Shown here: one piece after another, positions 10,707-19,238 of the stretch | Layout: each line of letters opens with the position of its first letter | Position numbering within the stretch: position 1 is the stretch's first letter | Assembly: GCA_000091205.1 (NCBI GenBank) | Contig: AP006501.2 | Source: Cyanidioschyzon merolae | Taxonomy: Eukaryota | Length of the DNA stretch: 64,000 bases | Direction: 5' to 3' (one strand) | Translations under genes and position numbers: made by a program | Notes under the pieces: model-generated | The model's database searches: none | Seen by the model: only the letters and a program-made list of their open reading frames with translations | Told to the model about the DNA's origin: nothing

Positions 10707-11996
10707 CTATTTTGTTGCTCCCAATGACTCCCCAGTCAAAAGCCGATGAATGCTGGCCGCTGTATCGGCGGTACCGAGCAGCGCACGCGCGTCACCGCGT
10801 AAGAACAGCTCCCCGTCCCGCACAAGAATGAGCTGGCCGTCGGTAACCTCCGAGAGTCTGTGCGTCACTATGAGTATTGTGGCCCGGATGCGTTCTTTCC
10901 AGTCCGATAAACGTTGCAATACTTGAGCCGCTGTTGCTGCGTCCAGACTTGAAGTGACCTCGTCCAGCAGTAGGATTCGTGGTTGCTGCAAAAGCACTCG
11001 CGTGAGGCCGAGGCGAGCTCGCTCACCCCCTGACAAGGCGGCTAGCGGTCGATCCAGAATCGTTCGCGATAAGCCAGCTATATGCAGTGCTTCCGGTAGT
11101 CGCTGTTCAAGCTCTGTCCGCGATACAACTCCCAAACGAACGAGCGTCTCGAGCGCCGACTTTGCTGGTTCCTCCGTGTTCGCGCTCGAGCGTTGTCGGC
11201 GTTTGCCGAGGACCAGCTCCCAAAGCGTTTCTCGCGTTACAAGTCGGCGGAGTGCCTCCAGCAAACCAGGCCTCCTATGTGCCAAACACGGCAATGCAGG
11301 TTGCTGGCTCAGAAAACCTACTAGTTTGCCCCGTAACTCGCCTGGAGGGTACGCTGGCACTGGTGTGCCCCACAGCCGGACTTGACCACCTGAAGGCTCC
11401 TCTAAGCGGTTCACCAGTCGAAGAAGTCGAGACTTGCCAGCTCCTGACGGGCCGATGATAAACACCGTCTCTCCGTCGCGTACTTCGAAACAGATATTCC
11501 GAAGTATGGGTCGAGTCGTCCCCGCCGCCTGGGTGCTCGCAGACAACGTCACTCCTTCGAAAGCGATTGCCACCTCCCGTGTTCCACTTGGATAGTTCTC
11601 GACGAATGCGCCAGAGTCTCGCGTCACTGGGCGAATAGGATCGATGTTCTCGTGGTGCCTCTCTGTCGCGGAGCCGTACTCGAGGTCCGTTGCCAGCGAA
11701 GCGGCTGCCGTCGAAAGCACAGCGTCCGCGTCTTCCCTGGTTGACTCCTGATTGCTCACCGAAAGAGTATCTGTGCCAGCTTTTGGACTTAAGCGGTTGC
11801 TGAATGACATGAAAGGGGGAAAATATCCCCCGGGAACAGATATACCTGAAACGGCTGCTGCAACTCCAGCGCAGAAGTCAAGCGCTGCAGAGACGGCCCT
11901 GGTGGCAGGCCTCGACGCCTGAAGCGTTTGCTCAGGTTTCGCTCTGAGCGTATTCGGAACGGAACCTGAGACGTTTCCCTGGGTGCTGATCACCAT
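10707..11996 (-). CDS. ABC transporter ATP-binding protein, FetA/YbbL (plant STAR1)-like, with N-terminal extension
   Basis: Walker A 'GPSGAGKS', Q-loop 'FLSQQP', ABC signature 'LSGGERARL', Walker B 'ILLLDE', H-loop 'ILIVTHRL'. The ORF-track start at 12050 is GTG; the first ATG is at 11994-11996. Confidence 0.85.
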   Translation of the reverse strand: MVISTQGNVSGSVPNTLRAKPEQTLQASRPATRAVSAALDFCAGVAAAVSGISVPGGYFPPFMSFSNRLSPKAGTDTLSVSNQESTREDADAVLSTAAASLATDLEYGSATERHHENIDPIRPVTRDSGAFVENYPSGTREVAIAFEGVTLSASTQAAGTTRPILRNICFEVRDGETVFIIGPSGAGKSRLLRLVNRLEEPSGGQVRLWGTPVPAYPPGELRGKLVGFLSQQPALPCLAHRRPGLLEALRRLVTRETLWELVLGKRRQRSSANTEEPAKSALETLVRLGVVSRTELEQRLPEALHIAGLSRTILDRPLAALSGGERARLGLTRVLLQQPRILLLDEVTSSLDAATAAQVLQRLSDWKERIRATILIVTHRLSEVTDGQLILVRDGELFLRGDARALLGTADTAASIHRLLTGESLGATK

Positions 11997-12503
11997 CACA
12001 CTTCTTGAAGCATCTGGTTGGAATCGTTGATTGCATAGGATCAGAAACACACTGGAAGGCGCCTGGCTCGCGTTCGACGACCCCTAGCGCAGGGTAGAAG
12101 CTGCGATTTCACGCCGCTTCGTGCTTGCTCGTTCAAGGGCGTTTCTCGTATACCGTGTTCAAGTCCATAACTAAACCATCTGGTGACTTTGGACAACGGA
12201 GAACGCTGAGAGCGCTGGGCACTACCCAAAACGCCTCAGAGTCTGGAGCTGGCGCTCTCCGAACCAACCGCAGCAGCGACCTGGTGGTAGCCTGGAACGT
12301 GTCGGTTCACTGGAGGCTCTCCTGACGAGGCGTCCAGCACTGCCCGTTCTCTGTCGTTCTGTTTCTTTCTGTAGGCCTGTAGGAGTACGCAGGAACATCT
12401 GCGTTGTCTCACTTTGGATTTCCGGTTTCCTCGAGAGGAGACGTTGGCAGCCGCTGGACGAAACTTGTAAGCCGACCCGCAGCAGTGGGTTACGCTTCCG
12501 AGC

Positions 12504-15500
12504 ATGCCCTCCAGGGGTGCGCGTTCGAAGAAGCCCGCAAAGAAGACCGCCTCAGCTGAGGAGGCAGCACAACGACTGCCAGAGCATCTCGCGGCAGGCA
12601 AGTTCACCTCACTGGCCGACATCACAAGTATCGTGCTGGGTGCTCGCTCGTGGCAGTCCGAGGCAGAGGCCGAGACGAGGCCCCTCACGACTACCGCGTC
12701 TACTGCAGAGCTTCAAAATTGGGATGAACACGCTGCGCTGGTTGCCCAACGACTCTTAAAACGCGATGAAAGTACAAAACTACGAGCGTTGCAGGAGCTC
12801 AGCACCCTCTTGCAGGCACTGGAACAAGCTTCCTCGGAAAGAATCGCAGACCAAGCAGCCTACGGGGCCCAGTACGGCGCTTTTCTCGGAAACTTTGCCA
12901 CTGCATTCGTGAAACTGACACTGGATCCGAGTGTACGCGTTCGAGCAGAAGCCGTCGCGCTGGCGGGGCTTGTCGTTCGTCTTTACGGAAAACGGTCAAT
13001 AGCGCTCCTGCCGGGGATGCTTCCGGCATGGGTTGGGTTGCTGGGCGATCCCTCGGCACAGGTCGCTGAAGCTGCAGCTCGTAGTTTCCAGGACGCGTTT
13101 CCCACTGAGGTGAAACGTCGACGAGCGCTGTTGTTGGTACCGCATGCACTGATCCACCACGCAACCGCGCAGGTTCAGAGCAGTCTAGCGGGAAACGTGC
13201 CAGAGACGTTGCGTCAATCCGCAGACAAGGCCGAAATGCCCCTTCTCCACGCGCTGGTGTGCGTGGCGTCCACCGCGGAGGCTTTGGCAACGACACTAGC
13301 GACAAAGACAACCTTGTCGCCAGCAGACGACTCGGAACTGGTTGCATTTCTGGTCCACTGGCTCCAGCACTGGGTATCGGAGGAAGGCGTGCAGACGCTT
13401 GCGGTACCGCTTTTCCGCCGCTACCGGCAATCGCTCCGCGTCCATGAGGCCTTCTGGCGACTAGCCATTATTTCAGTGGACCTTTTCGGAGAGCTTCGGC
13501 AGACCAGAGACGAGCACCAGGGGCATAGCTTGATCGCTGCATTGGCAAACGCTTGTCCAGACTGGGAAAGCAAGGCGTCGGACGGTTTTTCCTATCTCGT
13601 TTCACGACTCGCTTGGGATGAGCTGCACGCTTCCTGCCAAGAACAGGTCTGGATCCTCCTCCATCGCTATGTTGTGCGGATTGAGCCTTCCAGCAGCAGC
13701 CTTGCACGATCGATCTCTGCAAAGACGCTCACAAGCTGGCTTCTCGGCGAGTCGATAGCAGGGGGCCGGCGTCAGGCCTCTGCAGCCGAACGTATCCAGT
13801 CTGGTCGGGTTTTCCGGGGGCTGCTACCCTTCTTGCAAGCGCTACGAATCAAGTGGCTGACCAGCGACGCTGTGCGTTCCGATCCAGTCGAGAGCGCTTC
13901 CCGTCATCATTGGCTCGAGTCGTTCGAGGGTATGCTGCTCGATGAGCTCACCACTGCCTTGCTCTGGCGAGCGCCTAAAACAAAGTTTCCTCCAGCGCTT
14001 GTGGGGAGCGCTTACCTGGACTGGTGGCAAGCAGCGCTGGTCGCTTTCCTGGAGAGTGCGCTCTGGGTCCAGCAGCTATCCTCGAGACGAGAGCGCAGCG
14101 ATGATAGGACTGCTCTGCGCGCTCGATGCCGCGCTGCACTACAGCGGTACCTTCTTGCAGCGGAGGCGTTTCAGCGTGCACCTGAAGCGTCGCAATCCGT
14201 GGTGCAATTCGGTGGTAGACCAGCCGATGCATCATTGCTTCATGAACGCTTTTTCGATGTGCTTTTCTATGCGAGCGTGGACGCTTGTCGAAGCGACTTG
14301 GATGCAACGCGCTCCAACTGGCAAATCGTTGGTGAGGAGCTCGCCGCGGGGCTCGTCGTCATCGTCGTCATCGAACGAGCACCTGCCTGGTATGCGAAGG
14401 CGGTGGTCGCTGCTTGCGAACGTGCCGTGCAGGGAACCTCGTTCGCGACGCTCGAGTCAGACCAGCAGCCCCGGTGGTCACTTCTAGGCCTCGATCCTGG
14501 CGTCATTCGTACCTGGAGTGTAGAAATTATGGGAGGTGCGTTCTGCTGGGCACTGAATCGTTTCCGTCGACGAAAGATTGGCAACGGAAACGCACAACAT
14601 GACGATAATCACCAGCAGGTACATGGTACTCCAGCGGAAGCAGAGGTTGCAACCACGCTGCTCCTGTTGGCATGGAGTCAGCGCGCCCCGGCTTCGATGC
14701 TGGAACGTGCTTTGCAGTATCCAGATCCGATTCAGGGCCGCCATCGACTCAACGACTTTTTCCACGACGCTGTGTCGCTGCTGGAGCATCCATCAGCGGA
14801 AAACGAGCATGACGATGACGATGACGACAACGAGGAGGAGGCGGTGGCGGTGGCAGCGCTCCCTGCTGCTTACAGTCACCAGCTCGTAGCGGTGCTGGGT
14901 GCACTGGCTGCATGCAGTCACTCCTCTGAGGCGCTGAGCGGTCCATCGAGCGTCTTGAACGCGCGTTTAGAGGAGTGTCCTGGCGCGGGTCGCTGGCTCA
15001 TCGAACTTGCTCAAGCAGCACGTATCCGAGCAGCTTCAATAGAGCAAGGTGTTCCAGCTGGTCTCTGGACAGCGACGGTGTTTCCCCGTCACCTGGCTGA
15101 CCAAGTGGAGCACCTGCAGTGCTACTGCGACCAACTGGACCCCGCCCGCTACTCCTATTACCGCCGTTCGGAGACAGACGCTTGGCCTTCCGTTGGGCTC
15201 CTGCTGGAATACGCCGCCTGGCCCGAGGCCTGGCTCTGGTCAACGTCCACTGACTGGTCTACACTGAGGAGCAGCATGGATGCCAGCGTGTGTCGGGCGC
15301 TGCGTCTCGGACTCTGGGACTGGCCCCAACTGGCCTCCTTTCAGCAGGGTGTTCATTCAGCAGCTGCTCCATGGACCGCAGAAACACGAGCTTGGCTGTA
15401 CGTGAGAGCGCTCCTGGCATTAGAGCAGCACCAGAGCCAAGAAGCAAGCGACGGGCATGTGTTTGCGGACGTCCGACCGTCGGCAGCGCTGGAGCGTGAA

Positions 15501-18500
15501 ACCCTGGAAAGAGTCGTGCTCGACGCACTCGCGTGGCTCCTTGAGGATATGGAACGCGTTCTGCTCGCAGAGTCGTGTGAAACGCAAGCTCCGGACATGC
15601 TCGAGGCTGTTCAACGCTTCCAGCGCGTGCTGCTAGAGCTCGCCGCCACCTCGAAACGCCCCTGGCAAGCTCTCCTGTACGACATATTGTACAAGTGCTG
15701 GGTATCGGATGCAGAGGACTCGAAGGCAATAGCAGCACAGCCTGGAGAGCGCGTGATAGAACCAGCATGGCGACCATTGCAAAGACTAGAGGAGCAACAA
15801 CGACAACAACGCTGGCGTTGTTCGCTGCTCGAGTCGCTGACACCCTCGCTGGACGATGCAGCAAGTCCGCTTGATGCTACGTTGTGGCACCTCTACCTGC
15901 AGTTTCCATGGACGCGTTCCTGGGCAACAGCACGATTTATCGGCTGGCTGCAGCGAACGGATGCTGCGACTGCTGCGTCCGCACTCGACGTGGCGGCAGC
16001 GGTACTTGCGCGCCTCCTGGACCCCGAAGCGAGCACTGCAGCCTGCTGCGACACGATCGTAACCGAGTTGGCAAAAGCCCCGCTGTACGCACCAGCGACA
16101 CCGACAGCGTTTCAGGTGCCGCTCGAGCAAAGCGCTGAGCGTCAACCGACGATGCTCATGAGACTGCTGATATGGTCGTCACTGGTACGAGAGCGTTTCT
16201 GGATACGTCTCCAGACGGATGCTGCGTATTTTGGACGAAGCGTCACCGCGGCCTCTTTCACACGATGCACGATGGCTGCTCTGGAAACCGGTCCGGTTAC
16301 CGGCCTGCAGGCATCTGGAGCCGTGGGAGAGTTTGCGTTGGAGCTCCTTCGGTATGCGGCAGCGAGTCTGGCGCAAACGCTGCCCGTATGGGTCCAGAGC
16401 GTTCTGAATGACACCTCAGCTGAGCGAATGCGCAGCGCTACCGGGCTGCAGCACGAGCCGTCTGTCCAAGTGGCCCCACAGGATGTACCGAAAACACTGT
16501 GTGCTTCTATGGAAATTCTCGGGCATGCGGCTGCGATTCCCGCCTCCTACGAACATCGTGCGGATTTGTTGACGTACCTGCGTTCCGCACTGGAACTGCT
16601 CATTGAGGTGCCGTTCACGAACCTGATCACAAGCCTCGAGCGAGCGCCACAGCAAACGAGTGAGGAGTTTCATCGAGGCTCCTCATTCGTTGGCAAACAT
16701 GCAACGCCGGACGCCAACACGACAAGGCCAGCAGCATCGGCAACGAGCGTGCGTCGCGTTTCGGACGCTCCATCGACACCGTCGTCATCGTCGAGCGCAG
16801 CGGAGGACTCGAATCGCCAGGTACTCGCGGTCCTGTTTGAACGGCTCGTGCGTCCGAGTCTGGACGTTTTCGCTACCGACCTGGGCGAAGAACACTGGAC
16901 CTGGATCGGCGAGACTGCTACGCAGGCGCTGGTGACCTCGCTGGGCTGGCCAGTGTACGCGGCAGCGCTTCGGTGTCTGTACGCATGGCATGTGCGGCTC
17001 GTAGAGCGTGCCTCTTCGACCCTGTTATCGGAACAGATGGTCAGCAGTATTGGACAGGCCCTCTGGATGACTTGTTATCGATTGGCAGAGGCGTATCGTG
17101 ACTCGCTCGTCACCGAGGCGCCATGTTCACCGGTTGCGGAGCTGAACCTACCCGTTCAAGATGCGCTGGGCTATTTGATTTGCGTTTTCAGACCTGAACT
17201 TGAGCGACTGGCGCTTCGCAGCGAGGATTCCGCACCCCAGATGATGACCGCGTTACCGTGCTGGCGCGAAGCTCGTGACCGCTGGGTAACGACGCGTTTT
17301 GGTGTCAAGTGTGAGTCGTTGCTTTCATCGATGCTGGGCCGCTTCTGGTGTCTCACCTGGCTTCCGTATCTCGTTGCAAGCAAAAGCACCGCTGTCCGCA
17401 GTGCCGTCATGCAGTTGCTGGGCACCCTGTGGGATGCGCTGGAAGCCTGGCTCGCGACGTCGACACTGGAGGGTGCACAGGCGTCCCTGGGTACCGGGCA
17501 CGCAGGTACAGGTGCCTCTCCTGCGGATACACGTCCAGGCTCGATTCGTTTCGAGTCCGATCAGCGTGGAGCGGCCACAGCCCTGGGCAGACGACCTGCA
17601 GAGCCCGAGCCGATGCCCTGTAGCAGCACCAGCGCTACATACGCTACCGAGACAACGCCACTGGAATACTCTGCGGATCGACGGGGCACCCAGCTGGACG
17701 GCAGCGTCGAGCATCACGACCCGTTACGCACGGAGGCATCGGAGCTCTCCGTCGCCGTCAGCGACTTGGGCATTGCAGAGAATACCGTGCATTTGGAGGC
17801 ACTCAAGGGATTGGCAACGCTCCACGATGCCCTGATTCAGAGCTGCAGTGAGGCGCTGTTTGCCCTGACGGCGAGGTTTCCGTCGCTGGACCCGACACCA
17901 GAGGCCGCGTCATGGGAACCTCTGCAGACCTATTTTTGCGCTTGGCTGGTGCTGCTTCGGCTCCAGGTCACGGGCTCCTATCCAGAAGCGTCGCTGGTAA
18001 CACCGTTGGGGTCGCGGTTGCCGAACACGTTGCGAGAAGGTGCGCTTTGGACGCTTCTAGACGGACTCGGGCGTTGCTGGATCCGAGCGGCAGCTACGAT
18101 AACGACGCGAACACCCGAAAGCAGTCACTCCACGAGCGATGCAGAGGCTCAATGCTTCCGAGAGCAACTGGAAATGCTTCTGGCTGGTCTCACCGAGCAA
18201 CTGGTGCTCGCTACCTCGGATCCGCAGTGGCTGGCGAGGGAGATCTTCTGGGAGCCAACAGACTGGCGACCAGCGGCTCTCGGAGCCCGCCTCCTCTTCC
18301 TGACGCTACTCGTGCAACCGCTTCTTGCACAACGCTGGTTTACCGATCATGTTGCGGATCGCTCGCTTCTTCAGCCGCTGGAGCTGTTGAGCCGCACGCT
18401 GCTCACTGGACCGTTGATTGCCCGCGAACTCGAGGCTATTCGGCAGTATGCCGCGCATGTGCACCAGACCCAGCACCGGGAGAACGGCGAAACCGTTCCC

Positions 18501-19133
18501 AATGCATCCCCTTCCCATACGGGTGTGTTATCCGTTCAGGGTAGTCTTGCAGCACGAGAGATTCTGGTTCGGTACCACTTTGAAGAGGTCCAATTACCCG
18601 TGTGTCTCCGACTGGCCGATACGCATCCGTGGCGAGCGCCGGAGCTTGTGCTTGCGCCCGCTGAACGCTCCGTAGTCTCGTTGGCGGGCATCGAACGTGA
18701 AACACGCGCTCGATCAGAGCTCGAAGCTCGCTACCGAAGACTCTTTCTCCATATGACCAGAATTTTACAACACGGAGTGGATCGGCACTCTGCCGACGCC
18801 GGTACCCTACTGCTACAACTGGGCGCATCGGCAACGTCCTCGTCGACATCGACGACATCGACGCTTGGGACGGCGTCCTGTGTGCCTCGTCAGTACTTTG
18901 CACCGAGTGCCCTCGCCAGTGCGGTGGTGTACTGGCATCAGCGTTTGGTTTCCCTATTGCGTGACGCACCCGAGTGTCCGATCTGTTATCAGGTGCTGCA
19001 TTCACGAACAGGTCAGGTTTCGCGTGTGCGCTGTCCGACCTGTCGGTATCGATTCCATGCAGCTTGTCTGTATCGGTGGTTCAGTAGTGCTGCGCACGGT
19101 GCCACGTGTCCGTTGTGTCGGTCACCGTTCTAA
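12504..19133 (+). CDS. LTN1: E3 ubiquitin-protein ligase Listerin (Ltn1/RKR1), ribosome quality control
   Basis: 2209-aa single ORF. The N-terminal HEAT-like region and the length fit Listerin. The C-terminal RING 'CPICYQVLHSRTGQVSRVRCPTCRYRFHAACLYRWFSSAAHGATCPLCRSPF' closely matches the Listerin RING consensus. ATG at 12504. Confidence 0.9.
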   Translation: MPSRGARSKKPAKKTASAEEAAQRLPEHLAAGKFTSLADITSIVLGARSWQSEAEAETRPLTTTASTAELQNWDEHAALVAQRLLKRDESTKLRALQELSTLLQALEQASSERIADQAAYGAQYGAFLGNFATAFVKLTLDPSVRVRAEAVALAGLVVRLYGKRSIALLPGMLPAWVGLLGDPSAQVAEAAARSFQDAFPTEVKRRRALLLVPHALIHHATAQVQSSLAGNVPETLRQSADKAEMPLLHALVCVASTAEALATTLATKTTLSPADDSELVAFLVHWLQHWVSEEGVQTLAVPLFRRYRQSLRVHEAFWRLAIISVDLFGELRQTRDEHQGHSLIAALANACPDWESKASDGFSYLVSRLAWDELHASCQEQVWILLHRYVVRIEPSSSSLARSISAKTLTSWLLGESIAGGRRQASAAERIQSGRVFRGLLPFLQALRIKWLTSDAVRSDPVESASRHHWLESFEGMLLDELTTALLWRAPKTKFPPALVGSAYLDWWQAALVAFLESALWVQQLSSRRERSDDRTALRARCRAALQRYLLAAEAFQRAPEASQSVVQFGGRPADASLLHERFFDVLFYASVDACRSDLDATRSNWQIVGEELAAGLVVIVVIERAPAWYAKAVVAACERAVQGTSFATLESDQQPRWSLLGLDPGVIRTWSVEIMGGAFCWALNRFRRRKIGNGNAQHDDNHQQVHGTPAEAEVATTLLLLAWSQRAPASMLERALQYPDPIQGRHRLNDFFHDAVSLLEHPSAENEHDDDDDDNEEEAVAVAALPAAYSHQLVAVLGALAACSHSSEALSGPSSVLNARLEECPGAGRWLIELAQAARIRAASIEQGVPAGLWTATVFPRHLADQVEHLQCYCDQLDPARYSYYRRSETDAWPSVGLLLEYAAWPEAWLWSTSTDWSTLRSSMDASVCRALRLGLWDWPQLASFQQGVHSAAAPWTAETRAWLYVRALLALEQHQSQEASDGHVFADVRPSAALERETLERVVLDALAWLLEDMERVLLAESCETQAPDMLEAVQRFQRVLLELAATSKRPWQALLYDILYKCWVSDAEDSKAIAAQPGERVIEPAWRPLQRLEEQQRQQRWRCSLLESLTPSLDDAASPLDATLWHLYLQFPWTRSWATARFIGWLQRTDAATAASALDVAAAVLARLLDPEASTAACCDTIVTELAKAPLYAPATPTAFQVPLEQSAERQPTMLMRLLIWSSLVRERFWIRLQTDAAYFGRSVTAASFTRCTMAALETGPVTGLQASGAVGEFALELLRYAAASLAQTLPVWVQSVLNDTSAERMRSATGLQHEPSVQVAPQDVPKTLCASMEILGHAAAIPASYEHRADLLTYLRSALELLIEVPFTNLITSLERAPQQTSEEFHRGSSFVGKHATPDANTTRPAASATSVRRVSDAPSTPSSSSSAAEDSNRQVLAVLFERLVRPSLDVFATDLGEEHWTWIGETATQALVTSLGWPVYAAALRCLYAWHVRLVERASSTLLSEQMVSSIGQALWMTCYRLAEAYRDSLVTEAPCSPVAELNLPVQDALGYLICVFRPELERLALRSEDSAPQMMTALPCWREARDRWVTTRFGVKCESLLSSMLGRFWCLTWLPYLVASKSTAVRSAVMQLLGTLWDALEAWLATSTLEGAQASLGTGHAGTGASPADTRPGSIRFESDQRGAATALGRRPAEPEPMPCSSTSATYATETTPLEYSADRRGTQLDGSVEHHDPLRTEASELSVAVSDLGIAENTVHLEALKGLATLHDALIQSCSEALFALTARFPSLDPTPEAASWEPLQTYFCAWLVLLRLQVTGSYPEASLVTPLGSRLPNTLREGALWTLLDGLGRCWIRAAATITTRTPESSHSTSDAEAQCFREQLEMLLAGLTEQLVLATSDPQWLAREIFWEPTDWRPAALGARLLFLTLLVQPLLAQRWFTDHVADRSLLQPLELLSRTLLTGPLIARELEAIRQYAAHVHQTQHRENGETVPNASPSHTGVLSVQGSLAAREILVRYHFEEVQLPVCLRLADTHPWRAPELVLAPAERSVVSLAGIERETRARSELEARYRRLFLHMTRILQHGVDRHSADAGTLLLQLGASATSSSTSTTSTLGTASCVPRQYFAPSALASAVVYWHQRLVSLLRDAPECPICYQVLHSRTGQVSRVRCPTCRYRFHAACLYRWFSSAAHGATCPLCRSPF

Positions 19134-19238
19134 CCCAGAGCGCATCAACGCAACCTTGAAACACACGATCGATGCAGACGTGCTGCCTCTGAATCAACGC
19201 GTCCAGCATTGCATATTCTGGTCTGCGGAAGCGATGCC

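Noticed and set aside
9603-12050. Possibility that the ABC ATPase plus permease pair marks bacterial contamination or a chimeric contig
   Set aside because: The flanking genes on the same contiguous sequence are unambiguously eukaryotic (ACS-like with eukaryote-type extensions, Listerin RING). Both ABC components carry long N-terminal or internal extensions atypical of bacterial FetAB. Base composition is continuous across the junctions.
12799-19005. Numerous 100-200-aa antisense and alternative-frame ORFs inside the Listerin gene (e.g. 15259..15864 -, 18436..19005 -, 17299..17835 +)
   Set aside because: High GC suppresses stop codons, and these ORFs have no homology and low-complexity composition. 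The Listerin frame is continuous with recognisable domain ends.
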